In this document: piece by piece, positions 26,043 through 39,815 of the stretch
Layout of the letters: each line of letters opens with the position of its first letter
Position numbering within the stretch: position 1 is the first letter of the stretch
Program-made: the position numbers and the translations under genes
Notes under the pieces: generated by a model
What the model was told of the DNA's origin: nothing
Database searches by the model: none
Seen by the model: the letters and a program-made list of their open reading frames with translations, nothing else
Source: Felis catus
Taxonomy: Eukaryota
Assembly (NCBI RefSeq): GCF_018350175.1
Contig: NC_058368.1
Location: 103,542,001-103,606,000 of the forward strand
Length of the DNA stretch: 64,000 nucleotides
Direction of reading: 5' to 3'

Positions 26043-28399
26043 ATTAAAAAAATGTTTTCTTTATGCAAAAACAAGTATTGGACAAAACACTAAATTTGGA
26101 AGTGAAAAACTCTCAAGCCTGTGGTTCACAGATTTGAAGTAATTAGCTGGACCTGTCTGTTCTTCTGATTATCTTTCTTCTGCATAGAACTGTCGTCAAG
26201 ATTAAATAAACACTTTAAGCTTCTCAGAGAGAATGATTTAAAGAACCAAAAATATCAGGACATGTTACATTTTTAAAATGAACACACTTTTCCTCTAATG
26301 CAAACTATTAGTCTAAAATACTGTGTAGTCTGTCAGGAGGTTGGTTGTTTTTGGTTAGAATGTCTTTAATTTGTCCCATATACTTTTGTAAGCCAACCAT
26401 TCTTTCTCCTGACTGTGCATCAGAACCATATGGAAAGATTTCCCCTAAAAGATGCATGAATTTCATATTAGAGTTTGTGGATCTTTAAAAAAAAAATTAA
26501 AATGGCCAGGGGTGGGATTCCATATACACAGCATAAAGTTTTGGTATCTTGATTCTCCACACTGGTACAGAATTCAATCGAATTCATCATTTGGCATTAT
26601 TAGAATGATACAATAAATGTAAATGGAGACAACCAGTTTGAGAAATTACAAATAGTATTTTAAAATATCAGGTACAGGAGGAAACCTAACAAATCTGACT
26701 GAAGAAAAACCAGGCTAAATATTACATGATATTTACCACCACTAAGTACACAGAATAACAAAAACCCAGCCTAACCAAATGTTGCCAGGTAAAATTCCTT
26801 GACAGAAACTGATGAAATGAGTAGATAAGTATGATTAATATATTTAAGTTGGCAATGTAAGGATACCCTACAAAACTCCCAAGTTTCTAGGAGTCAGAAA
26901 CTTGAGTAGGCCACTAAGTAGGACTAATTTCAAGTATGTCTCTTAATATGTCACTGGAGTGCTAATTTATGAACACTTTTCTGGCTGGTAGAGTCTTCTG
27001 CTACAATCACTCATTAATAATCATAAACCACCCTGCTGCTCACCCCTTTCCCCTTTTCCTCTTTCTCCCACAACTCCCCTGAATCCAAAGCTGGCAACCC
27101 TACAGGAGTCTTTATGGAGACAACTTGGAACTTTCAGAAAAAATCTGTGTTGAATGGAAGAAGAAATCGTAAAGCCTAAGGTAAAATGATTTATCAGTGG
27201 ACTCACGGGGAAGACTGGCTAATACCCCGTCCTAAAATCTCTTCTTGCATCTATCTGAAATGGTCTCTTCATTCTGCTTCCTGAAATCTCATCTTTTGAA
27301 GATTCTCCATCTCACCGTGGGCCAGTGTTAACTGCCTTCTTAGTCGCTAACTTGGAATCCTAAAGTAGCCTAGATAGGCATTGTCACTACAATTCCAGAC
27401 TCAGCACTGAAAGGTTTGGTAAATGCGGGACAGGTCATGTCTGCTGTCCCACACCATTTTTTTTTTTGCTTCTCCCCAATACCACAATACACATGTAAAT
27501 GGTGGTAAATGATAATTTGCTGAAGAGAGAAGGTAAAATACAAATGTAGCCAACTGAAACATAATCTCCATTAGTGAAGGGAAAAAAAAGCATAAAAATG
27601 TTAAATCTCTCACAGCAGGTCCCCTTGAGGGTGCACACATCCTAGACTTGTTTCCTCAACTTCCTTTTTTTCTCATCTCAGCAGCTAGCTCCTCCTTCAA
27701 ATATCTCTCGCGCAAACCACAACTCCACTTAGGGAACACCACCCATTCAACAATAAGCCCCTACTCATGGAAGTCTCCCCCTGCACCTTGCAACAACACA
27801 CAGTCCCAGTAATCCACAACACCGGGTCACCCCAAATAACTCCTATCCAATCAGGATATCAGTCTACAATAAAATCACTAAGCGAATGAGGGAGCCAGGT
27901 GGGAGTAGGACTATGCCCCAGTGAGAAACATGTGACTCGATAAACCAATCACTCCTTCTCTCCTGAGTTCTCAGTCTTTCCCTACAGCCTCAAGCAAGTG
28001 TATTTTTCCCCCTTAGAAACAGTTTAAAAAGAGCAGTCATTTAATGCCTAGGTCCCGCAAAATCCACACACCAGATGCCATTATGGAGAACAGCAGAAGT
28101 TTCATTTTGTTCAATTTCAACAACTCCAGGTGAACGGCTGGAAGTAGGGATTCTCTTCACTGTTTCCAGTTACACATACTGTATTTGTATGACTTGGAGA
28201 TAGCAGCATTTTCCAGGATAAACAAAAACACTACCACATTAAATACACACATTGATAAGATACATTAAAATGTGAAACAAATGTGCATCTTAGGACATAG
28301 TTTTTCAAGTTGCATGTGTAGATCTATGTAAACTAAAAATTCTCAGGCAATCAAATTTTATCCACCTTGCCCCAGCATTTGTCTTTTTCATCCTCCAAA

Positions 28400-29300
28400 G
28401 ACACTCGTGGGAAACCTGAAGTGCATGGAACATAATTATCTAAGCCTCACAGCTTTCCAAGCAGCCGGAGAATGGCAGTGAAAGCAGAGACTTTGGCTTT
28501 ATCAAAATCGCAGGCCAACCCACCCAAAATGGGAAATTTACTTTCAGTTTTCATAGAACCACTCCTTAAAGACTGATCACTGGAGTGCTATTTCAAACCT
28601 CAGAGCAAGGAAGAAAGCTACCCCCAAACCACGTCAGCATAACTTCAGTTTCGATCCACTTCAAGAAATCCTGGGACCACAAGCATTGCTGGTGGCCTGT
28701 GAATGGAAGCACATCGATTTCATCATTAGAAATGGGAGCCTGATTTGTTTGAATGCTGGTCTCTATGCTGCCTTCTGTTTATTCTTCCTTCACAAGGCTC
28801 TTCCTCTCCCTCTCTTCCCCAGGTTTTGTTTGTTTACTTTGGGGCCTCCTTGAATTACTCCAGCCACCCCAACTTGAGGGCCTTCACCTCGTAATCCATG
28901 TCTTTACGCAATCACTGCAGAATCTTAGCGACCGCCTCCTCAACAACAGTGGTTCACAAAGCATCCAAGAACTCTCAAGTGCTGCTCAGTTATCTACTTT
29001 CATTTAGAATCAGACTTCCATTTCTTCTTTCATTCTGTCTGTCTCTATCTGTGTGTGTGTGTATATGTGTGTTTAAAATAATCTTACAGCCACTCTTGAG
29101 CAGAAGTCCTTGCAATGCTTGCACTTTTCAAACTCCCTGAGAGCAGATTAAGAAAAACAAACTAATCGAGACCGAGAGAGGCAGCGCTAGTGTTTGGTGA
29201 CCCAGAATCTAGAGGAAGATAAAAGTCAAGAGTTTATAATTAACAGTGAAACTGGCTCTCATACATGTCAGGTAAAACCAGAAATAATAAAGGAAGTCTA
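28400..29300 (-). promoter_or_regulatory. Unique, relatively CpG-retaining block resembling an alternative promoter / long first exon
   Basis: Repeat-free; C/EBP-like TTGCGTAA (minus, ~28905-28912), TGCTGACGTG CRE/Maf-like site (~28630-28639), possible donor AAA|gtaaat at 28542. Strand is inferred. Confidence 0.3.
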
Positions 29301-30855
29301 GATTTTATCAGTCACCTCAGTAATCTCTGGGGTGCAACAACTCTCCCACCAAAAATCTGGTTTTTCCTCTGAATTGAAAAAGATATAGATGAACTTCCTA
29401 TGATACTGACTGAGGCTACGACTCAAGGAAGGGCAGATCACCTGTTCACCATTTAGCACTGTTATACTGTCATGACGGTCACATCATGATGTCTTTCACA
29501 TCCTTTTTAAGCATATTTCCTAATTCTTTTTGGGGCCCACCTTTATGGATACAACCATACCAGCAACGAGTAAGCTCTTAGTGTTATACTTTTACTTGCT
29601 GCCATATCCAAATATGTGGCATCTCCATTGTAAGAGTGAATTTACAGTCATTTGAATTTCCTGTTGTTAACCAGATATTTGGACACTGTGTAGATATAAT
29701 TCTTACTCCTTAAAGAAGCTGCAAAAGAATAATGTTTACGTGTTTATGAAATTTAAGGTAAATATCATTTGGAGGGAGATGTGTTTCATTATAGCATGGT
29801 TTATAAACTGGATGGCAGAAGATACATTGATTATCTTTGCATAAAAATTGTTCATCAGTAAACATACAAAATTTATACTGTATCTGTGACACACATAGCA
29901 TACCCTTTATTCACAAAGGGAAATTGAATTTCAGATGGTAAATGAGTTTTGTCCAAATATAACCCTTAAAACCCACAGAAAACTAAGTTTGCTATTAACT
30001 TCGAAAATGTCACACAATTCCAAAATTGTATCTCACTTCAGCAAACATATTAAAAAGAATAATTATCTAAAATATAATCATAAATTTCAGTTTTTATCAT
30101 CTATGTTTTAAGACAAAGCAAGGCAGCTAATTACTAACAAGTTTGCTATTTCTATGTAACTGTGAACAGAGAGAACCTCAAGCTGAGTTTTTGCATTTCT
30201 GCATACTCTATGATGGGGACTAAGCCAAAACCCTGGAATGACACCGAATAAGCCTACCATTCAGCTTTTGACCTCTTTTTCTTTTCTAAGATGAATATAA
30301 AGATACAATCTAAATTGGTAATTGCGCTGGATATGCAATGAAAGCACAAAAACAACAAAAGAACATACTTAACTTTTTTCTCTATGAAAAAACTGAGGCT
30401 GCTTAATTTTGCACAGTGGAAAAGGGGTATTGATGTAACCAGAAATATTTTCAGAAAAAAAATCATCAATACTAAATTAATTCTATCTTAATAAAATCAT
30501 TAGATGACTAGAAGAATTCTTTAATCTGATTAATTGATGTGTAACCTCTTAAATAAGACAAATTCCATATGAAAAACTACTTCTCCATGTTAAATGACAC
30601 AGTTGGTAATCCAAGATGATTTTTGCCATCAAGGTATTTCTGGAGTTTTGACCAAGAAATTTAATTTCATGTTTTGATTTCTATTAACATATCTGTATAT
30701 CCAAACTCTTAGAAAAATTTATTAACTTACTTTAAAAAATGTTTTATCTTAGCAAAAATATATTCCTTAGAAGTTTTATGTTTAATCTCATATTCTCTTT
30801 CAGTATCTGACGGTATATTTACAAGTAAATATCAACTTAAATGTGGCCTCACTTT

Positions 30856-31039
30856 GGGGTGCCTGGATGGCTCAGTTGGTTGAGCAACTGACTTCAGCTT
30901 AGGTCATGATCTCATAGTTTGTGAGTTCAAGCCCTGTGTCGGGCTCTGTGCCCCCTCTCTCTGCCCCTGCCCTGCTCATGCTCTGTGTGTGTGTGTCTCT
31001 CTCTCAATAACAAATAAATGTTAAAAAAAAAAAAGTTTT
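30856..31039 (+). mobile_element. Can-SINE with internal deletion
   Basis: TSD aatgtggcctcacttt. Confidence 0.93.
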
Positions 31040-31210
31040 AATGTGGCCTCACTTTATACTTGTGGTTCTAAAGAAATTATTGAGAAAATTAAGTGCTCTC
31101 TATAAAAAAATTGATACTTGCTCTTACAGAGAATACTAATACACTTTGGAAAATAGAAAAAATTTATATATAAAAAATGCCATTGTTAAGCATATAAAAT
31201 AAGAAAAACA

Positions 31211-31428
31211 GGGGCACCTGGGTGGCTCAGCTGGTAAGCGTCCGACTTCGGCTCAGGTCATGATCTCGTGGTCTGTGAGTTTGAGCCTCACGTCAGGCTC
31301 TATGCTGACAGCTCAGAGCCTGGAGCCTGTTTCAGATTCTGTGTCTCTCTCTCTCTCTGCCCCTCCCCTATTCACGCTCTCTCTGTCTCAAAAATAAATG
31401 TTAAAAAAAAATTTTTTAAAAAAGAAAA
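31211..31428 (+). mobile_element. Can-SINE
   Basis: Standard head and tail. Confidence 0.94.
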
Positions 31429-32116
31429 AGCATAAATTATATTAGGGAACTAATTTATACCCAAAAGACAGATTATGATGCAAGTAATTATATAATTTCC
31501 AAATAAAATCTGATGAGGTAAGAAAAGGACAGAACACTTAGTGGTTTGAAGAGTATTATGTTTGCTATGGTTTTTAAGTTTTTTTCTTTGCATTTTTCTA
31601 TCTGGTTTTTATGTACTTAATTTCTGTAATTGAGGGCAATGTAGTGTAGGGTAGTACCAGAGAATTTTGCTACAATAAACTGCTACTATTATTCCTTCAT
31701 TTTACACTTTTGGTATTATATTATTTGGTTTATTTGTTTACTTGTGTTATTTTCCTGTTCATGTGTATGTTTTTATGTGCTTTAACTGATACTCACAGAT
31801 CAGAGAAATTTCATACGAAAAGAATTTGTACTGAACCTTCAAAGATGAATACAGTTGTGATATCTTAAATATAATTTTACTTATAATCAATGCAGAATCT
31901 TGAATAGAGCATTTACGCTCTGCTATCACAATTCTAAAGAGAATAGACAAAATTTTTTGCAAACATAATATTAATGGAAAAATGTCTTATTTATTCACCT
32001 CTTTGTACACACCTTAAGTAAAACAGAGATATCTAACCTATAAAACAACAACATAAATTAATCCTAATATACAGAAAAAATTATTAAAATTCAGAACATT
32101 AAAAATTTATACCTTC

Positions 32117-32322
32117 AGGTCACCTGGGTGGCTCAGTCAGTTGAGCGTCCAACTTCAGCTCGGATCATGAACTCACAATTCACGAGTACAAGCCCCACAT
32201 CAGGCTTGTGCTCACAGCTGAGAGCCTGGAGCCTGCTCGGGATTCTGCGTCTCCCTCTCTCTGCCCCTCCCCACTCGCACCCTCTCTCTCTCTCAAAAAT
32301 AAACATTTAAAAAAATAATAAT
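32117..32322 (+). mobile_element. Can-SINE
   Basis: Standard head and tail. Confidence 0.92.
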
Positions 32323-32699
32323 AATTTGTATTTTCCATTTAATAATTAGTAAATAAAACAAAATTTATTAATTTTGGACATTTGTACAGTGTCATTACAA
32401 TTTCTTGGTAAGTTAAATTTCAGGGTAAAAAACTAGTATATAGCATAAAGAAAATAAAAACAAAAGCTACTAGTCAGATTTAAGTTTATTTTACGTTGGC
32501 TTTTCCAAGTTCAGGCAAATTAAAGATATAGGCAAATAACCACAAACAATTAATTTTTAAAGAATATAAATTGCAACTACACAACAATATTTTAAATATA
32601 TCTTATTTTGTAAAGTTAAGAGCAAGTAGAGGTTTTTGCCATTTTTCTTGTGAATGGGTAGGGTATTCAAAATTGTGTTCAGTTATTTGCAATTATTAT

Positions 32700-33700
32700 T
32701 TGCAATTGTGATTTCTTCTGCTTTTATTTTAATTTGCTCTTCCTTTTCCAGTTACCTAAGATGGAAATTTGATATCTCTCTTCTTTTCTAATATACGCAT
32801 TCAGTGCCATAAATGTCCCCCGACAAACTGCTTTCATTGTATCCCACAATTTGAAAGAGATGTATTTTCATTTTCATTCAACTGAAAGTATTTTTAAATT
32901 TCTCTTCAGATTTTTTCTTTGACCCATCTGTTATGGAGAAGCATGTTGTTTCATCTCCATGTTTTTGGAGATTTTCCAGTTATCTGTTATTGATTTCTAG
33001 TTTAATCCCATGATGGTATGAGACAGACATCTATGACTTCTTTCTTTTAAATTTATTAAGGTGTGTTTTATGGCCAAGGCTGTGGCCCATCTTGGCGAGG
33101 GTTCCACATGAGCTTCAGAAGAATGTGTATTCTGCCACTGTGAGATGAAGTAGTTCTAGAGTTGTCAATTATAACCCTATGACTGATCACCATCATGATT
33201 AATTACCACCATTGAGTTCAATGACATTCTTATCGATATTCTGGGGTGTTGAAGCCTCCAACTCTAACAGTGGATACATCTATTTCTCCTTGGCTTTGTA
33301 CCACTTTTTACCTCACCTAGTTTGATAGTATGTTGTCAGGCATATTCCTATTAAAGACTATTCTCGGAGGTTTACCTTACAATACTGAGAGTACCTCCCA
33401 TGACTTCATCCCCTTTGAGTTTTTAACTCTCAGCGTTACCCACAGTGAGCCTCTAGCCATTCATCAACTACAGCTCAGCTGTATCCTGGCACTGGTTCCC
33501 ATACATGCATCTCTGCTCTGGTAAGCCATGACTCCCTGTATGCACCTGTCTGTCTCTCATCTTGGAGGCAGTTGTTTGCCCTTTGTCTTCCCCCTCTGTT
33601 GGAGCCAAGAAGAGCTGCTGACTTTTCATTCTGTTGAGCTCTCTACATGTTATTAGGATGGAGTGGTGCCTCCTAAGTTCCTTATATTCATTTTTTTTTG
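32700..33700 (-). mobile_element. Old L1 fragments (antisense)
   Basis: ctgctttcattgtatcccacaa; ttattgatttctagtttaatccca; gagcttcagaagaatgtgtattctgc. Confidence 0.78.
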
Positions 33701-34099
33701 ATGCAAAAAAAGTCATCTCTTCTAATAGACTTGCAAAGCAAGCTACTCAGTCCTGAGTTCATGACATTCTCACGGACGATCTAGTTGGCCAAGAATCATT
33801 TTTTTTAACTACAATTATCTTCTCCAGGTGGCAAAGTTAGTTACGGCTGTTTCTTTGTAACTCTTAGAAGATATTATGTGAATCTTAATTATAACACAAT
33901 AAGAAGAGATCAGGCTTTGCTCAGATTTGGATTGTTGCGCAAATTATAATTTGGTAATTTCTATAACTGAATTTCCAAAAACTGTAAGCTTTTCATCTCC
34001 AGTATATCTTATATGTGATATATTACACTCCAATAAAATATAAGTCCTTATTATCCTCTTTTTCAAATAGTGTTGTCCATGTAATACAAATCCTATTTC

Positions 34100-34322
34100 T
34101 TTTTAAAAAAATTTTTTTTCAACATTTATTTATTTTTGGGACAGAGAGAGACAGAGCATGAACGGGGGAGGGGCAGAGAGAGAGGGAGACACAGAATCGG
34201 AAACAGGCTCCAGGCTCTGAGCCATCAGCCCAGAGCCTGACGCGGGGCTCGAACTCACGGACCGCGAGATCGTGACCTGGCTGAAGTCGGACGCTTAGCC
34301 GACTGCGCCACCCAGGCGCCCC
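34100..34322 (-). mobile_element. Young SINEC_Fc-type SINE
   Basis: Nearly identical to the 3574-3787 copy; TSD tacaaatcctatttctt. Confidence 0.96.
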
Positions 34323-34359
34323 TACAAATCCTATTTCTTAATAAAGAATGTTAGTGAGA

Positions 34360-35745
34360 GTTTCAAAACACATGAAGCAAAATCTGACAGAAATGAAAAG
34401 AGAAATAGCTAAATCCACAAACATATTCAGAGAACTCAACTCCTCTCTTACTACTAAACATAAATAGTAAACAGAGTATCAACACACATATAGAAGAACT
34501 GAGAAAATACCATCCACCAACAGCATCTAATTGACATTTGTAAAAGACCACACCCAACCAGAGCAGAACATACAGTCTTTTCAAGTGCACACTGAACATT
34601 CATCAAGATAAATCATGAAACAAACCTTTGGCTTGTTGCCCTAAGTTATAAAACAAACCTCACCAACTTAAAAGAATTGAAATCATGCAAAGTATGCTCT
34701 CTTACTCTAATGAAATTAAACTAGAAATCAGTAACAGAAAAACAAAATGCTCAAACACTTAAAAAAACATATATTTTTAAACAATCTATGGTCAAAGAAG
34801 TCTCAAGATAAATTACAAAGTATTTTGAACTGAAAGAAAATGAAATTAAAACACAGCAAAGTCTGTGAGATACAGTGAAACAGTACTTGTGGGAAATTTA
34901 TAATACTGAACACTCATATTAGAAGAAAGGTCTCAACTCAAAATTCAAGATACTACTTTAAGAAACCAGAAAAACAAATCAAAATAAACCCAAATCAAGT
35001 AGAAGGCAAGAAATAATAAAAAGCACCAATCAATAAATTTGAAAACAAAAATAGTGAAAATGAAACCAAAACTCTGGTGCTTTGAAAAGATCAGTAAAAT
35101 TGACAAATCTCCAGGCATCTGGGTTGCTCAGTTGGTTGACCATCTGACTCTTGATTTCTTTGCTCAAGTCATGATCTCATAGTCATGGGATCAAGCCCCA
35201 TGACGGGCTCCTCAGTGGGCATGGAGCCTGCTTGAGATCGTTTCTCTCCCTCTCCTACTTCTCCTCTGCCTCTGCCTCTTTCTCTTTAAAAAAAAAAGAA
35301 AAGACAAAGACAAAGACAAAGACAAAGACAAAGACAAAGACAAAGACAAAGAAAAAGAAAAAAACTGGTAAATCTCTAGCAAGACAGATACAAAATAGAG
35401 GGGACAAAAATTAATATCAGGAATGAAAGTTTTAAAAATCTGTAGAATTCACAGACATTAAAAGGATAATAAGAGAATAGTGTGAACACCAAACCCAGGC
35501 ACATAAATCTGACAACTAAGATAAAGGTCCAGTTCTCAAAAAGCACAAACTATTATTAATATTCACACAAGATGAACTAGATAACCTATGTAGTCCTATA
35601 ACTGTTAAAGAAATTTAATTCATAGCTTAAAACCTTCCAAAGAAGGCATTTTAAGACCCAGATTGTTTTATTGGCAAATTCTACATAATATTTAAGAAGA
35701 AATAACATTAATTATATAGAAAAAAATCTCCAGAAAAATAAAATC
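34360..35745 (+). mobile_element. L1 ORF2 fragment (degenerate)
   Basis: gcagaacatacagtcttttcaagtgcacactgaacattcatcaagata; aattaaactagaaatcagtaac; ttggcaaattctac. Confidence 0.85.
35113..35365 (+). mobile_element. Older Can-SINE with (AAAGAC)n tail
   Basis: SINE head, hexamer-patterned tail, short TSD aaatctc. Confidence 0.88.
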
Positions 35746-36320
35746 TATGTTTTTTCCAAGATTCTTTTGGAAGTGATTTCTGTATGATCACATCAAATAC
35801 TGAGTGTGTCAATACCCCAAAATTACATGAAAAGCATACATTCTCATGTATAAATGTTGAAACTCAGAGATGACAGAGTTACTGTATAGCTAAGATTTAT
35901 TTACTGTACCCATATGAGCATGAATTTAAAATTTCTATAATCTCAAAGCTGAAATCCTGGTATCTGTGTTGGAATTAACCCAATGCATAAAAAATTCATA
36001 AATGTATTTCAGTAAATCACCCTACATTGCATTGTACGTCCATTTTTTATGTATCCAGGAGAAGGAGAAGACAAAAACACAACCAATGAGACACAAAGAG
36101 AAAAAACAGTGTATTTGTTTCCCAACCATTCTACTCATTGACACAGGCCCAGGAGTGAGTATTAGGCAGGAAACATGACTGCTGTTTCTTCAGTTAGCCT
36201 CAGTTCTTGAGCGTCTCCCATAAAGTGAGAAATTCTATTTATATGTGTGTTGAATATAATACATACACTATATGTATGTCTGTCTCAAGTATGTATATGT
36301 ATTAAATACATGCACATACA

Positions 36321-36533
36321 GGGGCGCCTGGGTGGCACAGTCGGTTAAGCGTCCGACTTCAGCCAGGTCACGATCTCACGGTCCGTGAGTTCGAGCCCGC
36401 GTCAGGCTCTGGGCTGATGGCTCAGAGCCTGGAGCCTGTTTCTGATTCTGTGTCTCCCTCTCTCTCTTCCCCTCCCCCATTCATGCTCTGTCTCTCTCTG
36501 TCGCAAAAATAAATAAACGTTGAAAAAAAATTT
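36321..36533 (+). mobile_element. Young SINEC_Fc-type SINE
   Basis: TSD taaatacatgcacataca. Confidence 0.96.
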
Positions 36534-36749
36534 AAATACATGCACATACAGACATACATATATAAAATATAACATTTAAGCCAATTAAATGAAGAAGAAG
36601 CAATAATCTATTCCAAACAGCAGGTATACTACATTTTGTAAGTGATTTAGGAGAATTGGCAGAAATAATTCTTATTATAGATGATTTGTTTCCTTATACG
36701 TCAACTTAACACCTAACCTGGGGAAAAGATTTAACTCTATTCGACATGA

Positions 36750-36960
36750 TTTTTTTTAATGTTTATTTATTTTTTTGAGAGAGAGGAGACAGAGTGTGAG
36801 TGGGGAAGGGGCAGAGAAAGAGGGACACACAGAATCCGAAGCAGGCTCAAGATTCTGAGCTGTCAGCACAGAGCCCAATTCAGGGCTTGAACTCACAAAC
36901 CACAGAGCATGACCTGAGCCAAAGTTGGACACTTAACCAACTGTGCCACCGAGGTGACCC
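36750..36960 (-). mobile_element. Can-SINE
   Basis: Reversed head and tail. Confidence 0.92.
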
Positions 36961-37660
36961 ATGTTTGACACAATTCTGAGAGGGTACATTTTCCCAGAAA
37001 CACTACAGACTTATTTGGGCATTTATTTCCATGATCTGACACAGACACGTTTTTAAGAAGAAAGAAAAAAATGGCACCATAAGATAGAAGAACTCTGAGA
37101 AACAGGAGAAATACTAATATGAAATTAAAGAATTATCAAGTACACTATGTTACATAACAGTGAAAATGGGCTGGGAACACTGAAGAATGAGAAAGGCTTG
37201 GGGAAAGAAAGAGCCAAATAGAGTAGGACAAACAAATGTAAGCTGTGGTAGAGGTAGGAGAATACAAGTGCACACAGGGCAAGCCACGGGTGATGAGACC
37301 CCATGCTGAATGCAAACACTAAGTATTCTCACGACGAAAATTTCAATCTCCCCACTATCTGAGATTGCTTGTCTATTACACAAACTACCTCATCTAAATA
37401 TGAGAGTGTGTTATATTTCCACCAGTGTAGGCTCTGATAAAATCACTGTTTGAAGTTTGCATTATGGGATGTTTCTAAGAGTTTAAAAGTTATACTGATT
37501 ACTGATTAATCATATAAAAATTTTAATCAAGATTTTGTTTATTAACAGGTGCCCACGTGACACATAGTTGAAGCTACTGTTTTAGGGATTTCAGAGGACC
37601 TGAGAATTCTCTTGCTTATTCATATTCTGTTCATTTATTTCCCTTAAAAAACCAGTCTGA

Positions 37661-37888
37661 GGGACGCCTGGATGGCTCAGTCAAGCATCTGACTTCAGCT
37701 CAGGTCATGACCTCACAGTTCATGAGTTCAAGCCCCACGTCGGGCTCTGTGCCGACAGCTCAGAGCCTGGAGCCTGCTTCGGATTTGGGCGGCTGACTTC
37801 AGCTCAGGTCATGATATCACAGCTTATGAGTTCGAGCCCCATATAGGGCTCTGTGCTGACAGCTCAGAGCCTGGAGCCTACTTCAAAT

Positions 37889-37961
<73 letters not shown>

Positions 37962-38000
37962 AAGTAAACAAACATTAACAGGAAAAAAAGTAAAAAAAAA
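37661..38000 (+). mobile_element. Can-SINE with internally duplicated body
   Basis: The segment ctgacttcagctcaggtcatga...gagcctggagcct occurs twice before the (CT)n and A tail. Confidence 0.92.
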
Positions 38001-39605
38001 TGTATCCTCCAGTTAACAGCATAATATTATTAGCAGAGTAGATATTATCCCAACTTTTTTGGTGTGTGTTTCTTTTATCTATTATCCCTAGTCTCATCCC
38101 TACACCCACTAAAAATATTTAAGGCTATAAATTAAAGTTTACCCTTGTAAATTTCCTTTCACTGTTAAATTCTTATACCTACCAACATGTGTAAAATTAT
38201 ATTTAGGGAAAGAATTTGTACCCAATTGAAAAAACAAGTTATTATGCAAGCTATTATTTCCAAATAAGGTATGAGTTAACAAAGAGGTAGAAAACTTGGT
38301 AGGTTGAGTAGTATTATGTATGTTGTTACCTTATGGGCTTTTGTATTAGTCTGTCTCTTTGCCAAGCATGGTTTTACTTGAGGAGCAACGATTTAATGCA
38401 GGATTTTACCTACATTACACAACGATTTTATTCTTTTCGTAATCATTTATGCATGCATAAAAATTTATATAATTATTTGTGCATGCCTGAAAACATATAA
38501 ATCTACACATTTCAGTGGACTTGCTCATTTTATTCAATGTCGTTTTGTGGAAATCCCACCCATGCAGGTAAACGTACATCTGTTTAATTCTACATATACT
38601 CTCTGCATATTCTATCATATGAATATCTATTTTGTCTGTCCAGTCAATCACTGATCATCCTTTAGGATGTGTTAGTCTCTTGCTATTTCAAGTAATGCTT
38701 CAAGGACATCCAAAATATGGGATGCCTTTAAAATTCTCAATTTGTCCCATAAGTCAAATACTGGGCTCATCTCTCTTGGTTTCTTTCTTTTCCAATATCT
38801 TATTCCTTTAATTTTTCACTAACTTATAGCTCTTTGCTGCCTTGAAGTTAATACTGTTTAATATTTTGTCCAAAATTTTCAGTTATTCTCAACGAAATCA
38901 GAGGTGGTTACCTTGCCCACAGTTACCTAAAACCCCTTTACTCTTCATATTACCAATTCTTCCCTTACCTCATGTTTTATTTTTTGATTAACTGTCCTAC
39001 TCCCTCTAAATTTTCCAAGTACAAACTGAAAAAATTACATAATATAGGTGAGGTAACATGATTCACAAAGTTCTCACTTATTTGCCCTGACCAAGTCATG
39101 AAAAATTCAATATCCAAGAAGTTCTGAAGTGATAAGGCTTGCTACAGACCCTTTTACCTATAATCCAGACTACAACCCACGATTATTTCTTCTTTCTTTC
39201 CCAAATCCAGCTTTAGTCTTCTTCCAGAGTCAAACCACCTAGACCACAGTTGCCCATCTCATGATAAAATCACTCTTTACTTCATTTGCTCATGTCACTG
39301 TTTCTCCACAATATCTTGTCAACTTGCGCACATTTTCCTGAATTTACTGTATTAAGTTTTACTTATCTCTTAACTTAAAGTGATACATTTCCCCTTTTAA
39401 TACTTTCTCTTCTGATCCCTACTCCCCAATACTGCACTATTTTCCCATAATTCCTATTTGTCTCCTACCTAGAGTTATCACAACTTACAATGGTATTTTG
39501 TTCTATTATTTGTGTATCTTTCCCACTAGAAGGTAAACTCCAAGAAGGCATGAATTCTATCTGTCTAGAGATACTTTTATATATTTACCATTTAAAAAAA
39601 TATTG

Positions 39606-39815
39606 GGGGCATCTAGGTTGTTCAGTTGGTTAAGCATCAGACTCTTGATTTTGGCTCAGGTCATGATCCCAAGTTTGTGGGCTTGAGCCCCATGTCAGGC
39701 TCCACGCTAAGCATGGATTCTCTCTCTCCCTCTGCTCCTCTCCCTTGGTCATGCTCTCTCAATCTCTCTCTCTAAAAACAAAAAGTAAAATTAAAATAAA
39801 TATTTAAAAATAAAA
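39606..39815 (+). mobile_element. Older Can-SINE
   Basis: Diverged head and tail. Confidence 0.88.
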
